Origin: a virus
Length of the DNA: 64,000 nucleotides
Strand: one strand, 5' to 3'
Virus record (IMG/VR): IMGVR_UViG_3300020214_000007
Location: 25,038-89,037 of that record
In this document: one piece after another, positions 10,801 through 22,152 of the stretch
Numbering within the stretch: the first letter of the stretch is position 1
Layout of the letters: each line of letters opens with the position of its first letter
Program-made: the position numbers and the translations under genes
The notes under the pieces: generated by a model
What the model saw: the letters and a program-made list of their open reading frames with translations, nothing else
The model's database searches: none
Told to the model about the DNA's origin: nothing

Positions 10801-13596
10801 CCGTTATCTATATCCCTTGTGTAGATATAGTGATTTCTAGACCCAGAAGATTCTGCAGTTTTTAATCTGTATTCACCATTAAGCCTATCATCAGCCAGTG
10901 CGTACACTTCTGTTTGATTTGCCACTGTCTGCTGATTTAGATCAGTTTGTGCCGTAAATTCGTCCTTTGACCAGACAGCTGCCGTCTCCAGCACATTCTC
11001 AGTCTCAGTGCTAGTCAATGTTGGTTTTACAACCCAAAATTCTTTTCTAGTTAACGTCGCATTGTACGTAGCTGTTATTTCCGTAGACCAGTCTGCGCTA
11101 AGTATGATTGGAGATTCAGATGATTGAACATAAGAATTAAAAATGGAAAATTTAAATCCATAAGACTGATATATATTTCTTGAAGAGATTTTTAACGACA
11201 AGTTATCCTGTGTTACTAAAGAACTCTTGTATGCCCTTTGTCTAAGAACATAGGCGCCAAAACCACCCGGAACAGAAAATCTAGCTGATGGAGCGTTTGT
11301 ATATGCGTGCAGTGGCGACCCTATGGATTCTTGATTTACTCGGAATAAATTATAAGATGTTGGTATTTCGGGTACAGTTTCTGTAATTCTATTAGAATTT
11401 GAGATAATAACATCTGGATTAGTGACTTCAATATAAAATTCAATATTTGAAGTATCTATTTCCTGAAGCGCTATTGAATACTGATCGGCTAAATAATCAT
11501 AAATAGATTTTCTATAAAATTCAAGAATGGATTGATTTGATCCAGATATGTTTTTGGCGTAATTTAATTTACCATCAGAATCTTTTATTAAATTATATTC
11601 TGTTGTTTTTTCATCATCCAAAAGAACGTTTTGATTGATAACGTAAGAGCTAGACCATTTTGAAACATGATAATAACACGATGCTCTTAAATCTTTTATC
11701 TTTGCGGAAAATATTCTAGAAGTAAGAGCCACAGAAACTGCGTTATACAAAAGTTTGAATGGTCCGCTCAGTAGATGCCGTTGCATTAAATGGCGTTTGG
11801 TTAATCGACGCCGAAGCCGAGTTTGCCGTTGCAAAATCAAAAATACTAGATGGCTGATAAACATCATTACAGTATTTAAGCATGGTGCATGTAGTCGCCA
11901 ATACATTTCCCCTCAGCAGTGCGTCGGCCACATTGGTGTAGCCATATCCAACAAAAATTGGTTTGTCTCTAGAATTTTTTAATACGACATTTGACTCAGA
12001 GTAAGATCCAGTAAATTCTTTTGCGGTTTTAGTTGTCGTAATTCCCAAAGCCAATGAACCAACGTTGCTTCTTCCAAACAGCGAATATACATCATAGTTT
12101 GTTGAGTTTATGGTTACAGCTTCAAAGACTGAAGCATTTATTGGCCAGGCGTTATTCTTTTTTTCATCCAAAAAAACATTATTAGTATTATAGCTCCATG
12201 TATTAAGTTGATAAGAGTCAGTTGAAATTGTCAAAGAGGGATCAATGTTTTCGGCCCCACTAGATTGAGACAAATCTAAAACAATAGTGCCTTGGGTATT
12301 TTCAACAAAGTATTTTACTTTTTGCCCTTGTTCTCTGGTAATTGGTGATATTGGAGACCACGCTAAAATATCAAAAGAGGATAATTGTTCATTGGTAATT
12401 GCATCAATCGACATTAGCCAATGCACCGCTGCATTTGTAGGGGCGGAGCTATTTGGATTAACGTAAGAATACTTTGACAAGTTATATGGAGACTGTTGGA
12501 GTCTGTAGAAAATATAGGGATTTGCAGACCCATAATTTCCAGAAGTTTTCATTTCCGAAAGCTGAGAAGATGTACACAAAACCGCGCAATTAATAACTTT
12601 TTGTTTTATATTTAATTCTGAATCAATTTCTTCTTGTCCATTTACCGAAGAAACGTCTACCTGTCTAAATATTTTTGCTATCAATCTCCAATTAAATGTT
12701 TCGTATGTTCTATTATCAGATATTGCTTTCCTGGGTACAACTATTTCAAAACCATCCGTTGAAAAATTATTATTAATAATATTATTTTTAAAAGTTATTG
12801 ATTTTTTAGAAAAGATCTTTTTATTTCTCATTGAATTATCAACAGCAATCGACTCTTCTGCAATCTGATTAAACACATTAACTACATTTATATTTTCCTT
12901 ATACTGTGGTACCACCGAAGAAATCGACTCAGTGGAAGATAGGTAAACTTTATCGTAAACTAACTGCAAATTTTTAGGATGAGGATCTGAAAATAGTACA
13001 ACAATTTTATATGGACGATTTGATCTTTCTTCATATACACTGTGATCAATCTGATCTAATAATATCCTGTATTTTTTAATACCACTATTTTTATCTACAT
13101 ACTCTTGACCGTTTTCATCTATAACTTTTATAGATTTTGGAATTTTATTTTCTTCTATAAAAGAATTTAAATTATCTATCAAAAAAGAATCTGTTGGAAG
13201 CATTGTGTAATATCTCGATACATAGTAAGAGTGCACAAACATTTCGTTTTTTATTTCTCGATGCACATATCTTTTATCTAACGTTTGTTCATCCAAGAAC
13301 AAATCAGATATACTGACATCTTCACAGTCAAATATTGTGTTGGCGTTCTCGTCTTCAAGAACGCCAAGTTCGTTTGCAAATACTAATTTATTTTTTAAAT
13401 CTAGTGGATTAGAATTGATCTCTGTGGCGTAAGCATTTTCTGGAGTAAAACCAGATAAATCTGTAATCGACAGATTATTTGCTGGACTAATTGGCTTAGA
13501 AGAAAACCACGCTAAACCAACAGACTGATCATCAACTGGCAGATTATTAGTTTTTTTAAATTTAATATCAGAGTCTGAATTGAGCGGTTTAGACAT
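7812..13596 (-). CDS. Large baseplate/tail-associated protein with a peptidoglycan-binding-like motif, ~1927 aa after one +1 shift at CGG-A (11766..11763)
   Basis: ORFs 11743..13596 and 7812..11906 join: ACT GAG [C]GGA CCA gives STE-G-PFKLLYNAV. Segment YIQITL...KYDAKTEAAVLKFQ...DGIVDSET resembles PG_binding_1. Confidence 0.75.
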
Positions 13597-13599
13597 CTT

Positions 13600-16500
13600 T
13601 TAATTATCCTTTTTTAAATTAATATATTCAGATATAAAATACGGAGTTGAACCCAAAAAACCCGCCTGATATTGTTCATATCTAGGAATTGGCAGCCAGG
13701 CTGGTGGAGTCCATCTTGGGGTGGCCCCAGAGGAGGTTACTAGTTGCTCATTATAGTAACTGGTTATAAACCTTGGAGTTGAGTATGTTTCCAGAGATTC
13801 TGTCTTATCAAAATTAATAACATCAACCACTTTTAAGTCTGACACGTAATTTAAATCAATATTATCGTAAGACTCATACCAATATGCTATATCGCCAGCA
13901 ACCGGCGTAGCATCACTGGAGTAGGATGTTTTAAAGTCTGATTCCGCTACAATGTACCAATATCCGGGGTTAGATCTAGACTGACTAATAATGGGACCTA
14001 TGGAGAATCTGCCATTATTATCTGTTGTAACTATTCCAGAATAATCAGAAAAATTAGTTGAAGAAGAATAGACCTGAGTTTTAAGAGCATTGTGCGGGGA
14101 TCTTCCTTTTCTCCAATAAATAATCGCATTCTTGCTAGGAAGATTATTTTTTGTAGCAATTCCATCAATAAACATTGAAGAAATACCATCTGCCTTAATA
14201 ATTGAGGGATCTGTTGCTATTGATATGCTATAATTTTCTCTGTAGCTAGAATATATTTTGTATGTATAGTATTTATCAAATGAAGAGTTACCTGCGCCTG
14301 AGCCCATAACCCTTATAGCATCGGTTACCATTCCCTGAACGGGCGTGGCGGCTGAGTAAGTTGCCCTAGTCATTGCATATCCTTCGGCGTTTGTTGTTAC
14401 GACAGAGGGATATATTGTTAAATAATTGCTAGATAAAGTAAATTCTTGATCTGATTTTGGGTTTCCATTAATATCTAAAGAAGATATTGATATAATAATA
14501 AAATCCTTTTTGTCATCCATTACGTTATGGGGAGATATTCTTATTCGCGCTGTTTTAAATGGATATTCTTTTGCGGAAGCAATTACATAACCCTTTTGAA
14601 GAAGCGAAGAAGTTTCGCCAAATCCGATATTAATCGGCGTGCTTTGCTCGTACTTTGACGTTTCGTAGGTAACCTCATAGAACAGCGGAGTACTTGGTGT
14701 GGCATCAAAAACTATTTTTGAATAATACGATGTGTCGTTTAATACATTATCTACATGATAAGAATTTTTTGTTCTATAGGTAATTTCATAATTACGATTT
14801 TTATTAAATACAGGAGTTGAGCTCGCCACTGAAAGAATATTCGAACTTGAAGTTAAATCCTCAAATAATGTTTCACCAGTAAAGCTATCAACAATAGTCG
14901 CATCGTATATATCAAAATAGGATAAATAAAAAGAATCATCAAAAGAAGGTTTAATAAATTCTCTATTATAAAAACCAAACTGCCTTGGTGTTGCAAAGTC
15001 CTCAAAAGCTGTTTCTATATAATTAATATATGGAGTCGATTCTCCCTGCCTGTAAGCGTTAATGTGTATAGGTGCTCCAGCCTGTGGCACTGAAGAAAGT
15101 GCTATCTCTTTTAGTTTGCCTGTGAATATTTCTTTTTGCGGTTTTGCGTAAGCGTAATATTCTTCCTTGCCTATATGCAGCCATCCGGTATTAATTCGGG
15201 CTTCCATTTTTTCATCATATAGTCGACCACGCGCAATAAAATTGCTAAATACAGTAGTATTTCTGGCTAAGTCATATGTTTCTTTTATAGAGTTAGCTGG
15301 ATATACTATTTTTTTTGAAGTATAAAAATCATCATTAATTATAGAATTAATCGTATCAAATTTTAATACATAGTTTTTATTTAAAAATGGATTAACTATT
15401 TCCTGCTCAGACCAAATTAATACATCAACATCGGCTGGATCCAATATAGATATATTTTCAAAATAGTATTTAAACTTAGAGGAACCAGAAATTCCAAAGG
15501 TTTCTCTAATTATTTCTGGAACAATAATTGTATCTGAATTTTTACTTGGAACAAATTCACCACTTTGTTTTCTGTATCCGACATATCCATTTTCGTCAAT
15601 ATATCCAGTTATTGGAGTTGACAACGCTTCAAAGGGTATCCAATTAACAACTTTTCTTGGATAAATTTCTCCATCAAAAAGATTAAGGGCAATTGATGTT
15701 GGAACTGAAGAATACGGATATTGAATCTTTGAAAAATATTGATCGGCCGTCACTGATCCACCAACAGTATTGACTTGAATATTTGGAGAAGACGGAACAT
15801 AGACATCATAACCCAAAATTGGATCATATGTCACTCCGCCATGTCCCAAAAGCGAAGAGGATTCAGCACTATAACCGACTATCGCCGAACCTTCTGGTTT
15901 AACATTGTCAATACATATAAGGCCTGGAGTTGCCCCAGGTGGATAAACAATATTATTTGCTATAGATTGTTGATCTATGAAATAGCTTACAGGGGGCGAC
16001 GCTTCTTCAGAATTAATTCTTAAAGTTCTGGTTTGTTTTTTGGTTTGTTTTGTTTTTGTTTTTAATGACCACAGCTTAGACAATGCCTGAACAAATGTTG
16101 ACTGGCTCATTCCTGGAGTGGCAGATATGAAAGACGTGGGGGCGGCATAATAAAGTGCGTCAGTGGGTTTATGGGAAAATCTAATTATAAAATCATCAGA
16201 TTGTGGTGGAGTAGCATATTGGGTTCCATTCCACAACCCTAATCTAAGAGTAATATCGTTTATATAATTAATATGCATCTTATTAATCTCAATACTGTTT
16301 AAGAGATTGTTTAAATCTTTTAATTTATTATAATATGCTTTAAGTGTATTTTTTTCTTTTATTTCTAAATCACTAGATGTGAATCCCTCTGTATCAAATA
16401 TTCCATATGGCTTCCAGTCTTGTACCGATATATCTGTTCCGTTCAGATATTTGATTATTTTTAGGATAGATTGTTAAAGGGGTATAAAATACTGTTGGAG

Positions 16501-18315
16501 TTGCGTAAATCGCGTGAGGCGTTGCATGAAATTCTAAAGTATAATTTACTGTTGCCGCTGGGTTATCATATTCCCTAATTGTGTAATCGGAGTAATATTC
16601 AATATCAACATTTACCGGAAAGTAGCCAGGGGTAGGTCCTGCAGATTTTTTACCCTTGGCGAGTAGAAATGTTTCAAAATATACGGGCGTTGCATCGGTT
16701 TGTCGTATTGACAGAGCTAAATCATCCTGGTCTCCTATACCTGGTTGGTAATAAGGAATTTCGATATTAGAATCATAATATCGTGCAGACAATCTACCAA
16801 CGCTATCATCGTTTAATCCAGCGTAATCCCATAATGCATTATCAAAAGCAAAATATCCCCAGTTATTTGGATATCTAATATTAAGCTCTTCTACTAATTT
16901 TTTAAAATATTCTGTTTGATTACCATCGGCGGTAAAGTACGGAGTAGAACTAGTTATATCAGACATCTCCAAAATCTCTGGAGTTGCGCCGGCATATTCT
17001 GAACTAGGGTTAACTCCATAAGCTTTCCAAATATTCAGCTCTCTTCTGAGGGTGCGCTTAAATGATTCAATGTCAACGCCTATTGGATTTTTAAACGCAT
17101 CTAATATTCTTTCTCTAAAAGAAACATTGTTCTCCAGGTAAAGGCGGCTCATTCCAACTCTTAAGCCAAGTTCATCAAACCAGTTAAATATTTGAACCGG
17201 CAGTTGTGTAAGATTTGTTAAGCCTAAGTTTTCATTTTTTGCTTGTAGTAAATAAAATTTTTGTAAAGTAAGTATCTCTCTGTTTATTGGATTGTGATAA
17301 AAAACATAATCAGTTTCTCTAGAGTTAAGAAAATCCGAAATATTATCTATTCTTGCTAATTCAATACCATTGGCTAGTATTTTATGAAAAGTGGCATTTA
17401 CATTATTGGACGAATAAATCCACGCTATTTGATTTGTATCTGCTCTATTAATAAAAGAATTAATATTTAATATATCTAATTCTCTATCAAATTTATCTAG
17501 ATGCTCTCCTACAATCGCATTAATAAATTTTCCGGCTGTTGTTTTAGGAACATACAGGTTCGGAGTTGCCTGATTTACCGCATCTGAATATAAAACCATC
17601 CAAGAAGGAAATCTCTTTAAAATATTTTTTACGCTCTGAGAAATAACTGGATTTACCGGATCTGCTATTGCAACTTCAATAATAAGAATAAATGACAATA
17701 CACTAAGATCTAATACTTCAGTATCTATTTTTATTTCAAATTTAGCATATCTCTTTGTATTTTTTAGTAAAAGCAAGGACGCCAGCGCGTCCGATTGAGC
17801 GGTTGAGGAAAGAAAGTAGGGTCCGATTTAGAGCATCTGACTCATATATATTTAAGGTAAAAACAATATTTTCAATACTATTCAAAGAAGAAGAAAATGC
17901 CCCTTTAAAGGTTCTAATATCTATTCTAGAAGAAGTATCAACAAATCTTAATTTGTTTGCAACAAAAGAATCTGCAGTAAAAATTGGGGTAGAGGATGAA
18001 TCGGGGTTAAAAATAGCACTTTCGCCCTGAAAAGAATCTGAATCAAATAGGTAGTATTCTAGTATATTTGAATCGTTTACTAATTCTCCGATAATTTGTA
18101 ACTTCGACCGCTCCAGATATTGTTGGGGTTGCATCTGATAAAATTTCTGTTCCAGTAAAAGTGTAATCATTAACAGAGTTTAAACCATATGGCGATCTTG
18201 TATAGCAGTAGTTTGTATAATACTTATTTGCATACAGGTCAATACCCTGCGTACTCCAAATTTTTCCATTTTTAGAAAAATCAGAAGTAACAAAACTAAG
18301 TAAATAAGTTTTCAT
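13600..18315 (-). CDS. Large baseplate/virion protein with Ig-like segments, ~1570 aa after three +1 shifts at CGG-A (18090, 17825, 16441)
   Basis: Four ORF-track fragments fuse: TNY-G-ELVND, ALN-G-PYFLSS, ISE-G-TDISVQDWKPY. N-terminal part has a wedge-like FDELGLRVGMSRLYLENNVSFRERIL. C-terminal part has Ig/invasin-like VTTNAEGYA and TTDNNGRF. Confidence 0.75.
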
Positions 18316-18323
18316 TTATACCC

Positions 18324-19514
18324 CTATACGGCATCTAGCCATACGCTATATTCAGAGGTAACTCCGTGCTCTGGATGAATAAACATTAGGTGTTGACACG
18401 GCCTACTCAGAGAAGAAAAATACTCTTGAGCATACGTGTTGCTACTTTCTGTAGAACCAGAAACTCTTAATATACTGCTGCCAATTGTCATTTTAAACTG
18501 CTGATGATAATGACCCATAAATACATCGTCAAAATGTTCTGGTATCGCCCCATCTTTCCAGCCCATTACCTTTTTATAATATCCATAATATTGAGCTGGT
18601 GTCGGTAACTGATCCCCATGTATGAGGAGACTTGAGTAATCACCGACATTGTCTATTGCATACCAGTTTCTTTCCCCCCTTCCATCTGGAATGTTAAAAG
18701 TAATTCTATCTTCTTTGGCAAAAATTAATTCCAATATCTTGTACAAAAGTCTATCCATATTAGTTTCTGGATCATGAGATTTTTTTAACTTTCCACCCAC
18801 GGCTCCATGATTGCCAATAATTCCAATAACATGCACTCTTTTGAAATTTTCTAAAGCTGTTATAAAAAACTTTGAAAGTATTCTAGGACCGTTAATTCCA
18901 ACCTGTCTATACAGGCCAGAATCAATAAGATGACTTTGACCCGCAAATATTTCCTCACCCTCTACTATATCGCCCAAAAGCCAAACATGTAAATTATCTA
19001 CGTTGTGATGCAGACGTTGCATCGCTGTAATTTCCAATAACCTCTCAGTATACAATTCTATTCTTTTTTCAAGCACTTCTGTATTATAATTTGCAGTTAC
19101 CTTGCCCATTTGCCAATCCGCAAAAACGGCAACCGCTGTTTCTGGGCTAGTTTGCTTGTTACCCTTTAGGGTTGGGGCTTTTATCTTTGGTAACTCAAAA
19201 ACAGAAAACGCATCAAATGCTGCTTGATAAACGGCAACTACCGCCTCACTTTTAACATTTTTATATTTTTCAGCCAACTTTGCTAGGCGTCTGTTTTCTG
19301 ACCTTAGGAATAGTGAAGCATCTTCCGAAGAGGGTTCGACAAAAGTAATCTCATCTTCTTCAACAGATAGATTGTCATTTTGAGTAACATCTATTTCTTC
19401 GTGAATAATTTGACCAGGAAAATCTTTATAACCTTCTGACAACATTCTGGCATGAGTCATGTTTTTTGCTTTGATTATTTGTTTTTTTGTAACTACATAA
19501 GATTGTACTGACAT
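18324..19514 (-). CDS. Calcineurin-like metallophosphoesterase
   Basis: Motifs in the canonical order: ADWQMG, LLGDIVEG, GNHG, IHGD, MGHYHQ. Confidence 0.85.
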   Translation of the reverse strand: MSVQSYVVTKKQIIKAKNMTHARMLSEGYKDFPGQIIHEEIDVTQNDNLSVEEDEITFVEPSSEDASLFLRSENRRLAKLAEKYKNVKSEAVVAVYQAAFDAFSVFELPKIKAPTLKGNKQTSPETAVAVFADWQMGKVTANYNTEVLEKRIELYTERLLEITAMQRLHHNVDNLHVWLLGDIVEGEEIFAGQSHLIDSGLYRQVGINGPRILSKFFITALENFKRVHVIGIIGNHGAVGGKLKKSHDPETNMDRLLYKILELIFAKEDRITFNIPDGRGERNWYAIDNVGDYSSLLIHGDQLPTPAQYYGYYKKVMGWKDGAIPEHFDDVFMGHYHQQFKMTIGSSILRVSGSTESSNTYAQEYFSSLSRPCQHLMFIHPEHGVTSEYSVWLDAV

Positions 19515-19524
19515 TTATCATCCT

Positions 19525-20697
19525 TTAATAATTTGAACTACTACCCATTATAACAGAATAAACCGCCAATGATCCAGCTGTCATATATGATTTATCATCT
19601 GATAATCTGTAATCTTTATTGGCAATATTTTGATTATCTACTCTAATTGATTTGACAGAAACAGACACTATAATTTCTGACGCACTTCTTGCCTGACGTT
19701 CAATCTCTGTTACCGATATGGAATCTCCAATCGATAGACTATTAACGTATCTATTAATAAATATTCTTGCCTGATTTTCAACCGCCCTAGCTGTATCAGT
19801 TGTTGTACCCTCTCTTAAAATGATAGACATATTTATATCTACCGGTTTTCTTTCTGCGATTCTTACATTAAGATTAACACCAACGGGCTTAATTGATCTA
19901 ACTTGATCAATCACTAAATCGGCCATTGTTGCAAGTCCAGATCTTGTTTCGGGAACTATTATTATATCACAAGAACCTATTCCAAAAGAGGCTTCTCTAA
20001 TTTTTGCGTCTTTTACTCCCTTTACCGCCAATGCGGCAAAGCGTATTGATTCAGCGGTTCCGGTGTTAGAACCCCTGATCGCGGAAACGATTCTTCTTCT
20101 ATAATTATCATCAGACTCTGAATTTAGGGTACTGTATACTTCTTTGGGATTATTGCAGAAAACAACTACTCCAGCGGGGGGAATAAAATTGTGCTGCGTT
20201 AAAGTATTTCTTGCAGCGGTAATATTGTTGTCTGCAAATTTTGCTTTTACTGCTCCGTAAGCCCTGGTATTTCCATTTGGAATAATCACATCTCCATTAA
20301 GCTCGTATACATATTGTGTCGACGAATAATTACCTACATCATTAAAAACCAAGGTCCCAGATGGTATGACAATTGCAGTGTTATGCGTTTTATTTATAAA
20401 GAATTCTATGTTTGCAGTTGTTCTTTCCGGTACAAGCTCAGAAGAAACAGATCTTCTTGGAACGTTATATAAAGCTCCTATCATATCTAAATTGAGGCCA
20501 TTTGCCGTAGATAGACTCGACTGCTCAATACTTATTTTTAAAGCATTATATAAATCATATATTTCTGAATGTATTGCTTCCGCAAAGGCTCTTGCTATAG
20601 AACCGGGTGAAATAGAAGCTATTCCAGCGTTCCTTTGAAGTCCGTCCAGCGATGCCATCAGCATTTGTTCTTTTGTTTTTATATTCATCATTGGCAT
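19525..20697 (-). CDS. Baseplate J-like wedge protein
   Basis: SSLSTANGLNLDMIGALYNVPRR, ESDDNYRRRI, GTAESIRFAALAVKGV and IKPVGV are typical baseplate J motifs; position in the baseplate cluster fits. Confidence 0.85.
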   Translation of the reverse strand: MPMMNIKTKEQMLMASLDGLQRNAGIASISPGSIARAFAEAIHSEIYDLYNALKISIEQSSLSTANGLNLDMIGALYNVPRRSVSSELVPERTTANIEFFINKTHNTAIVIPSGTLVFNDVGNYSSTQYVYELNGDVIIPNGNTRAYGAVKAKFADNNITAARNTLTQHNFIPPAGVVVFCNNPKEVYSTLNSESDDNYRRRIVSAIRGSNTGTAESIRFAALAVKGVKDAKIREASFGIGSCDIIIVPETRSGLATMADLVIDQVRSIKPVGVNLNVRIAERKPVDINMSIILREGTTTDTARAVENQARIFINRYVNSLSIGDSISVTEIERQARSASEIIVSVSVKSIRVDNQNIANKDYRLSDDKSYMTAGSLAVYSVIMGSSSNY

Positions 20698-20698
20698 A

Positions 20699-21079
20699 CT
20701 ATGCTCCTAAATTTTGGGTTACAGACAAAATCACGGGTTGGTAACTAGTACCCGCTAAATATACATCAAATCGTATAGAATCCGCGCTTACTGGCACTGC
20801 TTCAATAGTAATTTGTTTATTTTTAAAAACTCCCTCTCTTTCTAGAGCTGCCCTTATAAGCCTCTTACCGAGATCTCCAGTTTGAGGTGTTTGGGGCATT
20901 CCGTAAAGTATTGAGAGTTGAACACCCAATTCTGGGTATATAAAAAAATCACCAGGTTCAGTCATAAGCCTGATATAGACCTGCTGTATGTCCTTTGTGG
21001 CATAATCCTGAGCCATGGCTATATCTCCAGATCCATTAATAACTAAATCACCACTTAAATCAAGATAAAAATCAGACAT
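20699..21079 (-). CDS. Baseplate wedge / sheath-initiator protein (gp25/W-like)
   Basis: 126 aa with DLYL..SGDL, RLMTEPG...YPELG; lies immediately upstream of J. Confidence 0.7.
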   Translation of the reverse strand: MSDFYLDLSGDLVINGSGDIAMAQDYATKDIQQVYIRLMTEPGDFFIYPELGVQLSILYGMPQTPQTGDLGKRLIRAALEREGVFKNKQITIEAVPVSADSIRFDVYLAGTSYQPVILSVTQNLGA

Positions 21080-21773
21080 TTTTATCCTTCAACAATCTTG
21101 CTTTCGCTTGTTCCATAGTATATCCTAATTGTTTTAATTTTAAAAGCCCATCTAACGCCGCTTGTTTTGCTAATCCAAAAGCTTCTGATCCTATTAGATC
21201 TTTATTCCCTTCCCAAAAAGAACTAGCTTCATCCAATTCTTGTTGAGTAAAATTTTGATCTTTAGAAACCAAAGTTGACTGTAAATTTTCCTCCCATGGG
21301 AGTAAGTTTGTAGCCGTTACAAATTCGTATTCACCCTGAATAGTAACCGTGGATTGAGTGTCTTCTTGGTCATATTGACTTATATTATTTATATAATAAT
21401 CAGCGTTTTTAAAACCCGGATTAAAATCTCTATTGTTTGCTTGAGTAAAAGCCGGCTCCGTAAATACCGTAGCGGAACTGTTAAATTCTTTAGAATTCCA
21501 TTTTAATCCATCCTCTTTAGAATTAAATTTAATATTATCAGCAAAAATGGATACTGTTCTAGTTGAACCATTTATCACTATACCAACTCCCGGGGCAGCA
21601 AAAATCTCTATATCTCCAGCGTCAGTTATTCTTAAAAATCCAGGATTGTCTGGATGAGTAAGCCCAACCTCTCTGGACGAATAGGTCTTTCTTCTGTTGA
21701 TTTCATCTGCTTCTGTAATCGTTTTTCCAACAGAAGATTCATAGCTTTTATCTGAAGTAATTTTTCCAGCCAT
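21072..21773 (-). CDS. Putative baseplate spike-associated protein
   Basis: Beta-strand run FLRITDAGDIEIFAAPGVGIVINGSTRTVSIFADNIKF, like a spike beta-helix; sits between the OB-fold gene and the wedge gene. Confidence 0.5.
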   Translation of the reverse strand: MAGKITSDKSYESSVGKTITEADEINRRKTYSSREVGLTHPDNPGFLRITDAGDIEIFAAPGVGIVINGSTRTVSIFADNIKFNSKEDGLKWNSKEFNSSATVFTEPAFTQANNRDFNPGFKNADYYINNISQYDQEDTQSTVTIQGEYEFVTATNLLPWEENLQSTLVSKDQNFTQQELDEASSFWEGNKDLIGSEAFGLAKQAALDGLLKLKQLGYTMEQAKARLLKDKNV

Positions 21774-21775
21774 AA

Positions 21776-22139
21776 TTACACCATAAATTTCGGTATTCCA
21801 GTATCAACAAACGTAGACGGTCCATACTTACCGATGGATGAACCGTCGTCTATAAAGCTAACTATATATGGAGATGTTTCTGCATCATCCCTAAAACCGA
21901 TAACGCATCGAGATCCGGTAGTTGGAGCTACCATTTGTACACCCTGAATTGATGGACATGGTATAGCCTGATACATGTTTCCGGGCAGTATTTGCAAATT
22001 TGTCATCCATAATAACCATAGCTGTATTAGTAATTTTATCATATGACATCACAGTTCCAAATCTCGTCTTTGCCTGTTGCAGGCGTTGACTGTCCAGATG
22101 TGCATTTAGTCTTTCGTCAAATTTTGGATAGTATTTCAT
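21776..22139 (-). CDS. Baseplate spike N-terminal OB-fold protein (gpV/gp138-like), ~120 aa after one +1 shift at CGG-A (21983)
   Basis: AAGGAGG RBS, then ATG at 22139. Fused product GTVMSYDKITNTAMV...TA-G-NMYQAIPCPSIQGVQMVAPTTGSRCVIGFRDDAETSPYI matches the gpV OB-fold pattern across the junction. Confidence 0.7.
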
Positions 22140-22152
22140 TGTCCAACCCTCC

